Source of the DNA: Phoronis australis
Lineage: Eukaryota > Animalia > Phoronida
NCBI GenBank assembly: GCA_002633005.1
Contig: NMRA01000943.1
Span: forward strand, 1 to 64,000
Reading direction: 5' to 3'
DNA: 64,000 nt
The notes beneath the pieces were generated by a model. It searched no databases. It was not told where the DNA came from and worked only from the letters and a program-made list of their open reading frames with translations. The position numbers and the translations under genes are program-made. Shown here in pieces: positions 39,034-52,789 of the stretch (positions are counted from its first letter, which is position 1; each line of letters starts with the position of its first letter).

Positions 39034-42000
39034 CTAGCTTGTGTGACCTTTTTGTTGGGAGCGTAGTCGACAATACTCTTTGAGCCTGTGTAGAGAAAGA
39101 ACATGACTGTGATTAGACACCCTGTTTATACACTTATGGTTATGTAAGACTCACAAAATTTAAATTTGTCTAAACATGGCTAACTTCATAGGATCATATC
39201 CCAGAAATGGCTGATCAGATTCATATGAAACTTTCACACTATATACATGTACTATTAAAACTAGAAGTGTTCTTAAAAATGCGGTGCAATGGTCTTTAAA
39301 ATGTACAATTTTGCATGTGAGCGGCTCATTAAGAATGAGGTTCCTCACCTGAAACCACTGTTTAGGTTTGAGTTTGCTCATAGAGTATATTGACAGTGCC
39401 GATGTTGAGTTTAGGCAAGCAGATTGGAAATGGTGTTTGGTGGTCCAGAATTGAGGTTCAAAGTATGGAAACTGGAGTTAAGAGGCGGAGCCATGAAATC
39501 ATTTCCACCCTCTGTAACCTGAGCGTTAACTACTTCACTCAGTTAATGCAAGGCTAAACAATTTTAAGAATAAAGAACTTGGATAACGCATCCATCATCA
39601 AAAACGACTGTTGATGACTCGTACCTCAAAGCGTTGACCTTGATGAACCCTCCAGCATCAACGGGGTTGTAGTCGCCCTGTACATCCATGCTGTCAAAAT
39701 GAATCATAATAATTACTTAGATGATGTTTGACAACATACAACAAATTAAATATAAATTTATTGCACTGCTCTAAATCATCTTTGTGGTAACAGAAATAAA
39801 GTTTTGCCTTTGTAAGGACAATGTATGAGATCGAATTGTCAAAATGAGAGGCCCAGCTTTCCTATCGTTTCACCGCTGATCAGAATGAAATCGCTACAAT
39901 TTTCACCCTACAAGGCATACCACATTTGAGCAGCCCGCAAAGCGACCTCAAATGTAAGCATCCCACAAGGTCACAGTGACGCATGTTCTTACCTGACAAG
40001 CTCTTGGCTGTACAAGGAGTTGGGTGACTCCCTACTGTTGATGTACACTTGACCTTTAAACACAGACAAGGTCACTTTCCCATCTACGCTCTCCTGACTC
40101 ATGTCAATACATCGTCTAGTGTACTCACACTCAGGGCTGTACCAGAAACCTAACATGCAGACGGTAAATATTTATCAATTTAGGACTATTGCTAATTAAA
40201 ACTGTAGTTCTCCATTTCCCAAAGATGTCATTTTAACAAAGGGCTGTGGGATAGCGATCATACAGCACACAATTTCTCGAGACGACATCATGTTAGTAAT
40301 ATTTTAACCTGCTACATGTTCATTTTATCATAGATATATGTGTAGCGTCTATTCAAAATCAACTGACAGCTAAGTAAGCAGGTAATCAATCGTCTAGTAC
40401 GTAATACTTTCTAGATTAGAGGACTTGTATCTCACACATGTATACAGTATGCATTGATTTTCATTATCAATAACAAGTAAGAGCAACGTGAATCATTTGC
40501 TAATGGTATGCTTCTGTATCATAAATATGGCCACTAGATTGTGCAAAATACATCAAAGCCATCTGTCAAACTTCAGAGAAGCAAATTGGAAAATAGAAAA
40601 AAAAAAAAAACAATTGCCACTAAGGGGCACAGCGTTTGCCGGATTTTAGTGAAAGTCATCCTCGACCGTTGTCAATCTCATATAAATACACTTGCTAAAT
40701 TTCATACAGATTCTGCAGTAGGTTTAAGAAGCGTAGAAATGAACATCATAACTGCCACCAAGAGGTGCCACAGCAAAGTCGTCTGAAAGTCATCGTCAAC
40801 CATCCTCTTCTTACTATAAAGAACATGTCTGCCAGTTTTCACAATCATCCTTTAGAATGGTTGGGTTGACAGAGGGGTGGACTCAAAAATGGACATTAGG
40901 TGGCGCAAAATACCTCGATTCAATCCCAAGACAGGAGGATAGCGTCATCTCACCAATAAATGCCTATATTCCAAATTTTATGAAAATCCATTAAGGACCC
41001 TTAAAGATATAGAGATACACGGAAAAAAATAAAATTGCCATCAGGGGGCACAGTGGTATTTGAGATCTTGCGAAACTCGTCACCCTCTGTCATCAACCCC
41101 GCAAGAACACACCTGCCAAATTTCAGTAAGATCCTGCAAGGGGTTTAGGAGATACAGTCTGGACGCCCAGACAGATATGACAGCAATATGCAACCTCATA
41201 TAAATATGTGGGTGCATAAAATGGTTACAAACATTTTTTTATTCAACATAACGTGCATAGTTGTTAAATCAAAATATTACACAAGGTTATGAAATATTAA
41301 GTGACGTTACAATTGCAGAATACAATAAAACAGCATCAACTGGAAGCCCATCACCATGAATTTAAAAATTAATTAAATCGGTTTTTGGCCACAGTAAGAT
41401 TATAAACCGGACGATCGCCACACAAATAAAAAAGTTCATGTTCAATTCAACATTTCGTCTTTTCATTAGACATCATCAGGATCATATTTACAACAATTTA
41501 GGACAACACGTGCCAACATACAGTTCCGGTAACATCCATAAAGTTAAGTGAGAGATATAGGGAATATAGCCAGAAGCTGGTCATCACCATAGTTGCAGGG
41601 TCACTGAGCTCTGCGTGTTATTCAGAGTATCAGTGGCATGCTGGTTCTGAATGGCCAATGACTCTTTAATGTACAGTAACTCCTTATTAGGTTCTCTGCA
41701 GATAATACTAACTGAGTTAGCTTGGTGATTGTTGGCACGTGTTGTTCTAAATTGTTGTAAATATGATTCTGATGATGTCTAATGATCAAGACAAAACGTT
41801 GAATTGAACATAAACCTTTTTATCTGTACGGCTATTGTCTGGTTTTTAATTTAAAAATGAAATGAAGCTCACAGTAAAATTAGTCCAACAATTCGTTATC
41901 AATTGCTAGCAAGTCACAGAGAAGAGTGTATTACTAGCAGTAAGGCTAACGTGCAGTCATGAAAATTTTCAATGTAGTCTCCAATAGGTTTAGTAACCTT

Positions 42001-45000
42001 TAGAAAAAACGTCCACAATCTTGACTTCAGCAGTGCCAAGCTTTCTAGTGGGACAACGAGATCGCCTTCAGCACTTCAGTCATACAACCCAGTCCCCCAC
42101 TGGGATAGTTTGGGAGTTGCTGTCTAGACTGCAACTTTGCTGGAGCAATTCAACATCCCAAATGTTTACTTTGCGTAATAGAGCAATGTACAAGATCATG
42201 ACCCAGACATGTTGCATAACTCAAACAGGCTCCTTTGACCTTGCGAGATATCCTGAGTATAAACAGAATAATTCCAACATGCAAGAATGCAATTACCTTC
42301 GTACACCTGCTCTGAAAACCTTGTGCCCAGGTACTGTTTTAGTCGGCGCACCTCTTTATCCAGGCAGAATGCCTCTATGTCCAGGTGAGCCTGGTACAGA
42401 ATGGTACCACCAGAGGTCTCATAGACACCTGCATCAGTAATGGGGTACTTAGTGCTATATCAGACAGACTTAACACTGAGGTGTAGGCTACATGAATAGG
42501 ATGAAATGTAGAAGATGACATCGTAAATGAATGGAATCCGATATAACCACACCACTTGTCAGTGTTTATGCCTGGATTGTTAAAATTTATTGAGTAACGG
42601 AAAAGTAAGAGGTAGGGGATACCGTGCAATGCAATTAGGACGTTGGGATGTAGAACTCCCAATTCTTGAAAATTTCATGATGGACATTTCGTCGGGTGTC
42701 GGTGCTAATGCTCCCAGATAAGACAGAAAGGTACAGTGAAATTGAAGGTGCTGGCCATGTTTGATTCTAGTTCGACAATCCTTACACTATCAACTAAACT
42801 GGCAAGCAAGACTATATGGTCGCTTCAGGTGAGATAATGGATGACTGTACTTTAGGGAAAGTCTTGCATCAAACCAGCAAATCTTTTTGAGATGCAACAC
42901 TGGGGATAGGCTTTCGTTACAGGGAACAACTAATTGTTAATACATCCGCAAGAACTTTTTTGGGTAAAATCACTAAAACACATTTTCGAATCCTTTTATT
43001 GGTCACCATGGACACAAGAAAGCAAACCCTCAGATTATATGATTTGGGGAAAATTCAAGGTTCACATAATTTTTAAGTTACTTTTAAGCACAGAAAAAGC
43101 AGCATTCTGCAAATAACTAATAATCACATTAAAAGGCTATTAATATGTAAATCTTCAACTGTAATGGAAATATAGATCACAAACATTTTGAAGTCTGGTC
43201 TGCACACCACCTATTGGCCACTGGCTAAAGCGTCTGCATGGTTAGCAGAGGGTCCTGGGTTCGAGTCCTGGTCGGGGACTGAAATCTTTTCAGACTAATG
43301 TTCATTTGGTCACGCGATGTGGTGTGCAGACCAGACATAAAATTAATGTAATATTAAAAATTACTAAATTTCAGTTTCCATTCCCTAGTTAGTCATAATT
43401 GATTATTGACTTACTAACAAGGAACAATACATACCTTTTGTATAATATGAACAGATGTAAACTTGGCAACAGCTTAGTTTTCAAAATAAACCGGACGTTG
43501 ATATTTGACAAAGGTTCAACACACAAAGCCAAGAGGAAATATCAATTTCTTTTTGACTGGACCATGTTTCTTCAATTCAGGCTATATTGCGACGAGTGTT
43601 GATCAACACACTTTACTAAAAATGCCAAAACTTGTCTTATAAATAGCGTCATGTTAAATTTTGATTAAATTTTGACAAATGTACTGGTTCATTCAAATAA
43701 ATGTTCTGACAAAATAATAAATAATCCTGGCAACACATTCGTCTAACTTTGGAAAGAATCTGAAAGAGTTCTAATTTCTTTTGAAAACTTCAGAATCTGT
43801 AGATTACATTAAGACCCAAGAAGCAGTGAGCAACACAGTTTATGAAGGTCATTTTTTCACCGACTGAAGCACAGAGTTTACAAACAAGACGAAAAATTTG
43901 ACGAGAGTCACCAAACTTACAGCGGAATCCAAAAAAAAAAATTGAAGACATTTTACAAGAAATGAAGACCATTAATTATAAGAAACAAAAAAACTGCGAG
44001 CCGAGATATTCCTCAAGTTTTGGAAAATTGCGATACTTAGGACTTTCAGAAGCGTGTTACAAATTGAAAAAATTATAGTCGCACGCACGCCAAATGAAGC
44101 AAAATGTAAATCTGACCACCAGGTGGATGTGACTTTCATTTACCTCGTGAATTCTTCCCAATGAATCTGTTCTCAACAATATCAACGCACCCAACACCAT
44201 GCTTTCCACTGCAAACAAAATCAGAACAGCGACGGCTTAAGAATTGGAATTTTAAGGAAATTTAGAGCATTAGCAGTTATTTTAGCTTCTGAACAAACTG
44301 ATCTATGAAATGCATCAAATATTGATGCACAAATGAATATTAAGACAATTTGGTGACCATGTACTATTTAATATGAAATGAAGGGTTGACAGATGATGCC
44401 TTTTTTGAAAGATCGTAGCATGTACTGTACCACTGGCAAATTTCATTTGAGTTTCGACTCAAAAAGTGACCGATTGTGAATCACGTTCCAAATTAGTAAA
44501 CTTTCAAACTCCACACAATGTGATTGGTCAACTTGTGAGTCAGCTCCAAAGGCAGTGAATTTGGCCTGGGTCTCCAAAAATTACAAATAGCATCATAGAA
44601 AGAGACCTCGGAACTCTGTTTAATGCGTTATTTTCCAACTATTTCAATATCAAACAAAATGAACTACCAAAATTATAATTTTATTAATTTTTCAAAGACT
44701 GGTCTCCTTTCTGAAAATATTGTCAACGAGTGTCCTTTTTATAATAACAGTAGAATGTAGACCATACACAGAGATTTAAACAGGATTTGATTTTATTCCC
44801 ATCCATGCATCCTTTGTCACAAATATGTGACGCAACAATTCGTCTTGTCCAACACATTGTGTGTGCTAAAATAAGTGAACAGTACCATTACACAGAAACG
44901 AAAAATACGAGACAATTAGGGAAACTCAAAACATTACGCAATGGTATTTAAGCACAGGAAAAGATCGAGCGCATCGTTCACGACACAACCGTCGTTAAGG

Positions 45001-48000
45001 TTCTTGACCGACACTGCTACACCTGGGAAGAAATGTCAATGACTTGTCAATCAATAACCACAATTACCTGCACCAACCATGAATAACACAGGCTACACAT
45101 ACCAAACTACACAGCTGGACAGACTGCAGGCTACCTTTTCAATGTTCAAACTCTATACCACAGCTATCGCCAAACAATACTTTGAAAATTTATGGGCATT
45201 TTTGCAACTGTTTCAAACCCCTTCGAAAAATTTAAAAAGGGCCAATTTGACAGCAGTACTATTTTTGTCCGAAATTGGAGTGATTTTGAGGCAGCAAATT
45301 CCTACAGATTTAGTAGATCATGAATGCCATGGCAACAATTTCAAGGCTTGAAATAACAAATGACAAAAAAGAGAAAAGTTTTCTAGGTGGTGTAGAGGCT
45401 TGTGCCATAGAAATATTTTTTGTGTTGTGAAATTTAACTGAAAAAACGATTTTACATGAATGAAGTCGAAATAAGGATAAAAAAGAGACGAAGAAAGAGG
45501 AAATCAGAAATCAAATAAGAGGAAATCAAAACCAAAAAAAATTTCAACCCTCTTAAAAGAGGAAATTTAAAAGCCCTGAATTTGCAGGGTGCCAAATTTC
45601 TTTTTCTTTATTAGTTGCACAATGTCAGATTGTGACATAAAATTTGCCAAAAAGCATTCGCTGGAAGCTTTTGATTCGCAACACAAAGTAGTACAGTAAA
45701 AATTCTCGAGTTTGGTAGTCTCTGAAACTTGTGACACTGAAATTCCAGCCAAAATGGATCTGAAGAATGGGACAACTATTATACATTGTAAAGTCTGAAC
45801 CGTAAAATTGTCAAAAACAGCTGCCAACAAAACTAACATCTTTTTGTAAGTTAGGCATGGCTAATATTAGTATTTCTAAAGTTGATACTGATCCAACCTT
45901 GAATAAAATAATTAATTTTCACTGTGTCCTAACTTGGAGACTTGTTACCATTATTGGCGACATTCTACCCCCTGCAAAGTATGAGTAACAAAACCTATGT
46001 TGAACTGAATGAAAAACTTAAGATTGCCAGAAATAAAATACTCCAAAAATTCCAATGACCAATTCAAAAAGGCATCAGTGCAGTGTAAGTTAAGTTTTGG
46101 CCAGATGGATATAGACTGCTGTTCACTTACCAAACAAACCTATACGGTAACTATAGCAACAAAAGCCTTGTATACAAAAATCTAAAAGGACCACACTTAA
46201 CAAGAAGTTAAAGTCACAATTCATCCACAGACAACGTGCGCATAGAGCGGGGAATTGAAATGTTTACGGAACAACACTCGGTTTCTTGCACAAAATTTCA
46301 CCAAGGACCCGGGACTTACCTAGCAACTGCCATGATAGCCATCACTGGGATAGCCAGTTTTAAAGAACGACAGCTTGGACATGGCCAAGAGAGAAAAAAT
46401 GCTCGTTTTAAGATAACCTCAGCGAAAATGATGGCTACATGAAGAATGTAACATTTCTGACTGTGTAAATTATATTGCAATTGGGTACAAATAATTGGTT
46501 CAGTTCCGTAAATATTCAAACATAAATCCAGATTACAGACTATTACCCACAATGTTTACCATCACTATCAAACTGATGATCGGAAATGCTGGCAGCCATA
46601 ATTTTCCCTGTCCTGTGACCTCAGGGTGACCGCATACGAAATCCCCCCATATGGCGAGACAGTATCAATCTCATGAATTTACATGGCAATTGCCCACTTT
46701 TCACATCCCAGAAGAGTCCCTGTCATGGACCCCTCAAGGACAAGGAAATACTTGGCATGACAGCAGTACCTCGTTTGAATTCAATTTCAAGTTTGTCTGG
46801 TGACTTTCTGGGGTCAGTGGTCATTAAGAAAAGATCAGGTGCCTCAGTCTTGGGATCTTCAAGGATTCCAGCTTCATAACTAATGGAGAAAATGTCAAAG
46901 GGCAAAGGTTAACCTACTCTGTAATGCCATAAACAACAAACAATAACAATAAAAAGAACTAATCTTAAATTTATCACGACTTATGAATTGATACCATTGT
47001 TGTAGTCCCAGTGTTTATAACATGTTCATGATGGACAACTCTGCACCTGATTACCCATTGTTAATCTCCAAGGAAAGATAAACTCAGCTGAAGTTGGCCA
47101 ATTGCAATGAAGATTAGGTAGGAATTTAAGGATAGCCAATCAATTGAGTTGTCAAACTAGACTCAGGTGAGGTATGAGTGTAGAATTCTTAACATGTTTG
47201 GGGCTTAACGAGTTATAGCCACAACAATAAGCAGAGATACTACCTGATGTGCATGCGATTTGCGTCCATGCTCCAGGGGGAGCTCTTGGTGACCGGTAGG
47301 GGTATGTTGTTCTTTTCGGCATAGTCTAGGAGATCAGTTCGACCTTTGAACCGCTCGAAGAACTCTGGCATCCTCCATGGAGCTATCACCTGCGTCAGAT
47401 CAATTGACAATTCAACATGGCACTAAACACGGAGAAACTAAAATGGAGGACACATTTAAACTCAAGGGGTTAACGAAAGCGGAGGACTTGAACCTCAAAA
47501 TCCAAAAAATGATTTTCTGGTAAATATCAAATGACTCTGACAGTTAATGGCTTCCAAAATTGAACAAGCTGCTCTGAGGCAAATCTTGGACTAGGCACGG
47601 GATAATTAGCACACAGAGTAATTAGCACAGGGTAATTAGCACTGAGTAATNNNNNNNNNNNNNNNNNNNNNNNNNNNNNNNNNNNNNNNNNNNNNNNNNN
47701 NNNNNNNNNNNNNNNNNNNNNNNNNNNNNNNNNNNNNNNNNNNNNNNNNNNNNNNNNNNNNNNNNNNNNNNNNNNNNNNNNNNNNNNNNNNNNNNNNNNN
47801 NNNNNNNNNNNNNNNNNNNNNNNNNNNNNNNNNNNNNNNNNNNNNNNNNNNNNNNNNNNNNNNNNNNNNNNNNNNNNNNNNNNNNNNNNNNNNNNNNNNN
47901 NNNNNNNNNNNNNNNNNNNNNNNNNNNNNNNNNNNNNNNNNNNNNNNNNNNNNNNNNNNNNNNNNNNNNNNNNNNNNNNNNNNNNNNNNNNNNNNNNNNN

Positions 48001-48393
48001 NNNNNNNNNNNNNNNNNNNNNNNNNNNNNNNNNNNNNNNNNNNNNNNNNNNNNNNNNNNNNNNNNNNNNNNNNNNNNNNNNNNNNNNNNNNNNNNNNNNN
48101 NNNNNNNNNNNNNNNNNNNNNNNNNNNNNNNNNNNNNNNNNNNNNNNNNNNNNNNNNNNNNNNNNNNNNNNNNNATTAATTTGTCAATTTTTTTCATATT
48201 ACTGTAAAAAATCACACCAGCATTGTTTTACTTTTTGTAGCAAGTTATAATCAGCCGACATCCCACACCTACCTCACAGTTAGGATACAAGGCGTAACAG
48301 CAGAGTTCAAAGCGTATTTGATCGTTCCCCTTCCCCGTGGCTCCATGAGAGATGTACTGGGCATTGTGGTCTTGAGCCACCTGCACTAAAGCT
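39034..48393 (-). CDS. ASS1: Argininosuccinate synthase (ASS1), nine 3' coding exons; N-terminal exons not found, possibly a degenerating copy
   Basis: Minus-strand GT-AG exons in phase: 48273-48393 ([18 protein letters not shown]), 47244-47389 ([10 protein letters not shown]...PWSMDAN), 46770-46879 ([11 protein letters not shown]), 44938-45022, 44144-44208 (DIVENRFIG), 42297-42428 ([12 protein letters not shown]), 39993-40149 ([10 protein letters not shown]), 39625-39690 ([12 protein letters not shown]), 39034-39085 (LKEYCRLRS...TAG). Minus-strand AATAAA near 38785-38806. Confidence 0.92.
40475..41220 (+). mobile_element. Helentron/HINE-like non-autonomous element with an internal ~140 bp tandem array
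   Basis: Repeated units (AAATTTCA...GATCC...TTTAGGAGATACAG) end in GACAGCAATATGCAACCTCATATAAATATGTGGGTGCATAA (terminal hairpin). A second copy lies at ~49020-49508. The family assignment is inferred from structure. Confidence 0.55.
41398..41850. mobile_element. Foldback/MITE with ~120 bp inverted repeats in an ASS1 intron
   Basis: 41400-41519 (...ATGTTCAATTCAAC...TTAGACATCATCAG.ATCATATTTACAACAATTTAG.ACAACACGTGCCAACA) is the reverse complement of 41730-41850. Confidence 0.8.
43179..43335 (+). mobile_element. Inverted-repeat element containing a tRNA-derived (SINE-like) core
   Basis: TCTGGTCTGCACACCAC...GTGGTGTGCAGACCAGA inverted repeats enclose an A-box-like TGGCTAAAGCG, a TCTGC/GCAGA stem and B-box GGTTCGAGTCC (43258-43268). 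A copy without the core lies at 34535-34623. Confidence 0.6.
47598..47650. repeat. Short tandem repeat (TAATTAGCAAC-like, 14-16 bp unit) running into an assembly gap
   Basis: GATAATTAGCACACAGAGTAATTAGCACAGGGTAATTAGCACTGAGTAAT followed by Ns. Confidence 0.7.
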
Positions 48394-49019
48394 CTGGAAC
48401 CAACACAAAGTTAACGTCACACACTGACTAGCAAACTCTACGCTTAGTCTCAGTTAGTGATATTGTATGAAGGGGCCCAATGAGAACCTGGATATAATGC
48501 GACAAGTATGTTCTATTTATCATTTTTATGATCCATTTTGTTTCCTCAGTTTTTCCATGTTATTCATCACTTTGTATTTAAATTTTGTCTAATTTGTAAT
48601 TCTGTTAGTTTGTCTTTAATTGTCTTTGCATGTTTTTACTGAGGGCCCCCATGGAAAGCAGTGTGAACTGATGGGGCTACCCTCATAGTAAATATTACAT
48701 TTAATAATAAATAAATGTGAAAGCAATTTCTGAGATGCAAAGTTACAAAGTTAGCTGGATATTTTTCTAGGGTCCAGCATAACCTTAAAAGGGCATGCTT
48801 CAGATATGGGCCTATGTCAAGCGGTTGGATAATGGTTTATAATTTGTGTGTTTAAGTATTAGTGTCCTACAATGGACATGCCATTAACTAATAAGAACAT
48901 GAATCAGAGTTTCACTTGTTGGGAGAAAGACAAGTGTTACACATTCATTTAATAATTATTAGACACTGTACAACCCAATCTAAATATATGCTATTCAATT
49001 CTCCCTAACCCACAACCTG

Positions 49020-49508
49020 CCAAGAGACAACCATGGTTTTTACATTAATTTTTCTTACATAACCCACATGAAGGTAACAGTGGGTTATTGATCACCCAGA
49101 TTTTTTAAGCACACTAGCAAAATTCAATAAAGATCCTAAACAGCATTTAGGAGATACAGCCATGGGCGCAAAAACAAACAAAACTACCACTATGAGGCGC
49201 CACAGTATTCAAAGTCGTTGGTAAATCATTGTCAACAGCCCTCTTCACAGTAAGATCATATATATGACAATTTTCAAAATCATCCCTAGCCTAGAGCGTA
49301 TTGGTTGATAGAAGGGCAGACGCCAAACACAGATTCGAAAATAGGAAAAATGGCCACTGGGTGGCACAAAGTACCGCGAAAACCGTCGAAAACGGGAGGA
49401 CGGCATCGTCTCACTAACAGATGCTTTAGGAGATACAGCTATGGACGCCAAATGCCTAGACAGAGATGACGGCAATATGCGACCACATATAAATATGTGG
49501 ACACATAA
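49020..49508 (+). mobile_element. Second HINE-like copy
   Basis: Shares TTTAGGAGATACAG and the 3' end GACGGCAATATGCGACCACATATAAATATGTGGACACATAA with 40475-41220. Confidence 0.55.
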
Positions 49509-52500
49509 CAAACAAGTGTGCTGCCCAACAGTTAAGGGTACCTTCTACATGCCCTCCCATGTATGTGCACATTTAGGCTGACATGCCTTTATTCTAAACA
49601 ATGCCTCTTTAATTTTGTTTTTTCCAGTGTGCAATATTAATAAAATATATTTGAAGTGCAATTCCATTTGAGAAGGAGGTACAATATGATAACATTTTGA
49701 TCAACTGTGAAACAAATATTCATCCTAGCGAATTAATTGATAGTACATCAATTGCCAGGTCTCATGGTAGCTTTCAATGCATAGATTAACTTTTGATTGA
49801 TCTTTTTGTCTGACTGAGAAAATTGCTTCTAAAGGGATGTGACGGACGCACACACAGAACTTGAATTAAAAAAAAAGATTTTTGACATTTCTGTGAACTT
49901 TAAAAAAGTTACTTTAGTTTTATATGATCATTTAGTGAAATGTTTGTGAAGTACAATACATTATGATATCTTCAAAGAAATTTTTGTCAGACAACTCAAT
50001 GTAAGTAGAGTGAGTGTGAGGGATGTACGTACGCTCTGAATTTCTAGTTAAACTCTGTGTTTCTTGTGGCTCGTCTTTTGCAAGTGATTAAAATTACATT
50101 AATATGGAGTGAAACTTATATTAATTAATCAAAATACACCTTTTGGATGAAATCATCACTTCAGTTAAGCCTATGGGCACATACACTAAGATGTAAAATT
50201 TTTCAACACATTTGATCAAATATATAAAAACAGCCCCCTCAAATCCTCACTTCTCTTGAAAGTTGGTAAACAATGTGGAATCCGATGACAATAAGTGCGA
50301 TCATCATTGTATATTTGATACCTGTTAGCACTTAGGAAAACTGTTTTTGAGTTAAGTAGGAATACAAATGTGAAACTAGCCAGTAAGTGAATGTCGCTGT
50401 CCTGAGTGTGGAGTAGTTTAAAACATTACTAATCACCAGTTAAAAATGCATTTTGAGTATTTGTATTTTTGAATTAGGACTCATCCTAAGCTTGGGCACA
50501 GGTTGCGTGGGCGTGTCGCTGGTCTTTCTGATGTACAAAGGCAAATGTTTTAAAAATATCCGTATCTTCTTATGACAAAGTCTCAAGCAGATAATTGGTT
50601 CAGCGTGGTTCAGTTGACCGCATCAACCTATGGCATTCATATTGTAATCCAAGACACAGGTGATCTCTTACAGTGTAAAGGCAAACATTAAATAACATTA
50701 AATTTAGGCATATGTGGAGTTAATAAAATTATCAGTGGCTTGACCTTATTAGTGATTAGAATATTCATTCAGCTTTTTAAGTCATGACTTCATTCTAATT
50801 TTAAAGAGAAGTGTTAAATAAAATCACACCAGGGTTCATAGAGGTATAATTATTTATTTCTAATTTGGCATTTTTTCAAGTTTCAGAGAACACAGTCAGA
50901 TATTTCTTCTCCTCCCAGTTGGCATCCATTCTCGCTTAGTCTCCAACTATTCCCTTTTCTCATTTCTGAGCCCTAGTTCACTTTCCATGGAGTTCAATAG
51001 AGAAAAATAACCTTACTTAAAAAAATGCGAGATCAAGGTTTTTGATTTGTGAGAAATATGTGAAATCAAATTATGTAATCACCAATACTAAGAAATCAGT
51101 TCATAGAAGGCACCAAAGACATTGAAAAACACAAGAGTGACAAAAGCCAGTCAAGGTGAGCCAAAAATGCTTGATGAATTAGCTCACAGGTTGCTAGCTC
51201 TTAAAAATACCCAATGTCGGCTTTTTCAACATAAAGCATAGCACTGAAGGTCAGAGCAGAAAACTGTACGTTGATTCCAGGAGACCAACAAGTCGAGATG
51301 CGTTCATTACAAATTAACAGTTTGTTTTATTTACATTCAAAATGAAGTCTGGTTGAATTCTTACTAAGAATCCAATAGATGGCGCTGTAAGGCAGAGCCT
51401 TTTTCAGTGGATCAAGCTGAATGAGTAGCAACATATTTACTTGATTTTTATCTGTTTGTAAAAACTTAACAGTTTTAGGTTCTTAGATGTGAGACATATT
51501 TTATTTTCTGAAAGTCTGGAACATAAAAATAAGACCTAAGGATATTTTTATTGGCTGCAAAATTGTATTTTCACAGCTGTGATGGACGTTGGTGACGGGA
51601 TAGAAAAATTCTCTGTACATCTGTCACGCCATTCATGACTTTAATAAACAGTCCCTGGAATCTGAAGTTTTGGTCAACAGTATTGACAAACAAGAGAACC
51701 TGAAATTATTTTAATTTTGATTGCAAACTTTTGACGTAACTGAACAAACTTGTTAGCAAATTTTTGTGATAAACATACAGCTTGATATCCAGGAAATGGA
51801 GGTTGACAATGTGCCACAGATCAAATGATATTTTTTGGATAGTAAATAGACTTCGTGTGATTGCAAAAATTCAGTAATATAACTTAATTTAGCCATAATT
51901 AGCTTATGTGTAAAAATAATCAGTAACACACATCAATATGTGGGTAATTTTTAAGGGACAAGTGACCCTTAAGTCATAATAAAATCTCCTCGAGATCAGA
52001 ATGACTTGTATGGGACACAGACGATGGTGTGAAATGGAACAAAACATTGGTTTTGGCTATTTGAGGGCCAGCTTAATGCTATAGGTGATCGGGGGGGGGG
52101 GGGGGGGGCNAAACACTTTATACCATGAACCCATGTGATATCAAGGTGTATCGGATTCTAAACAATAATTATACAATTGAATGCGACAGTGCAATTACCT
52201 GTTCAAATTTCAGCTCCATGGAAAAAATTAGAAAGTTTATCTGGGCTTTGAATGGGTAACTAGCCCGCATGGAGGCTTACAATATTGCAAACAGAAGAGA
52301 ATCATGGTTATGATTCACACACAATAGGCCTTTTGAAAGTGAAATGAAGGTGGGTGAAAGTAGTTCTTTGTGAACTCTGTTCTTAATCGTGCAAGTCCCA
52401 GCAAACACAGCTTTAATAGGGCTTAATGGTCCTGGATGAGAAAATAGTTTTATCACCCCCTATGGTTTTTGAATAGACAGGCCTGGAATGTTACAACAAT

Positions 52501-52789
52501 AGCACCCCGACCAGCAACTATAACTTATTCAAGGTAATATGTGTGTATGCTATGCCACAACTAAATTGATTGTGTGATTTTTTGCTGGAAGTATTATGTA
52601 TATCAGCAAAGCGACAAGTCTTTTCAATGCTTTGTTTGGATTTCAGAAAAAATTCATCTTCACGAAATGTTTGGTTTATCAGTTGTCATGCCTTATGAAG
52701 GTAAACATAGGGGTTTGTGGAAAAGTGCTATAATACCCTAGGCCCAGTGTTTTGGCATATTAGGCTACATTGAGGATGCAGGTACTCAC

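Noticed and set aside
39330-39520. Alternative last exons for ASS1
   Set aside because: The exon at 39034-39085 gives the conserved RLKEY motif and has a stronger acceptor.
43222-43278. Functional tRNA gene
   Set aside because: It has A/B boxes but no acceptor stem and a non-canonical anticodon loop; it is treated as a tRNA-derived repeat.
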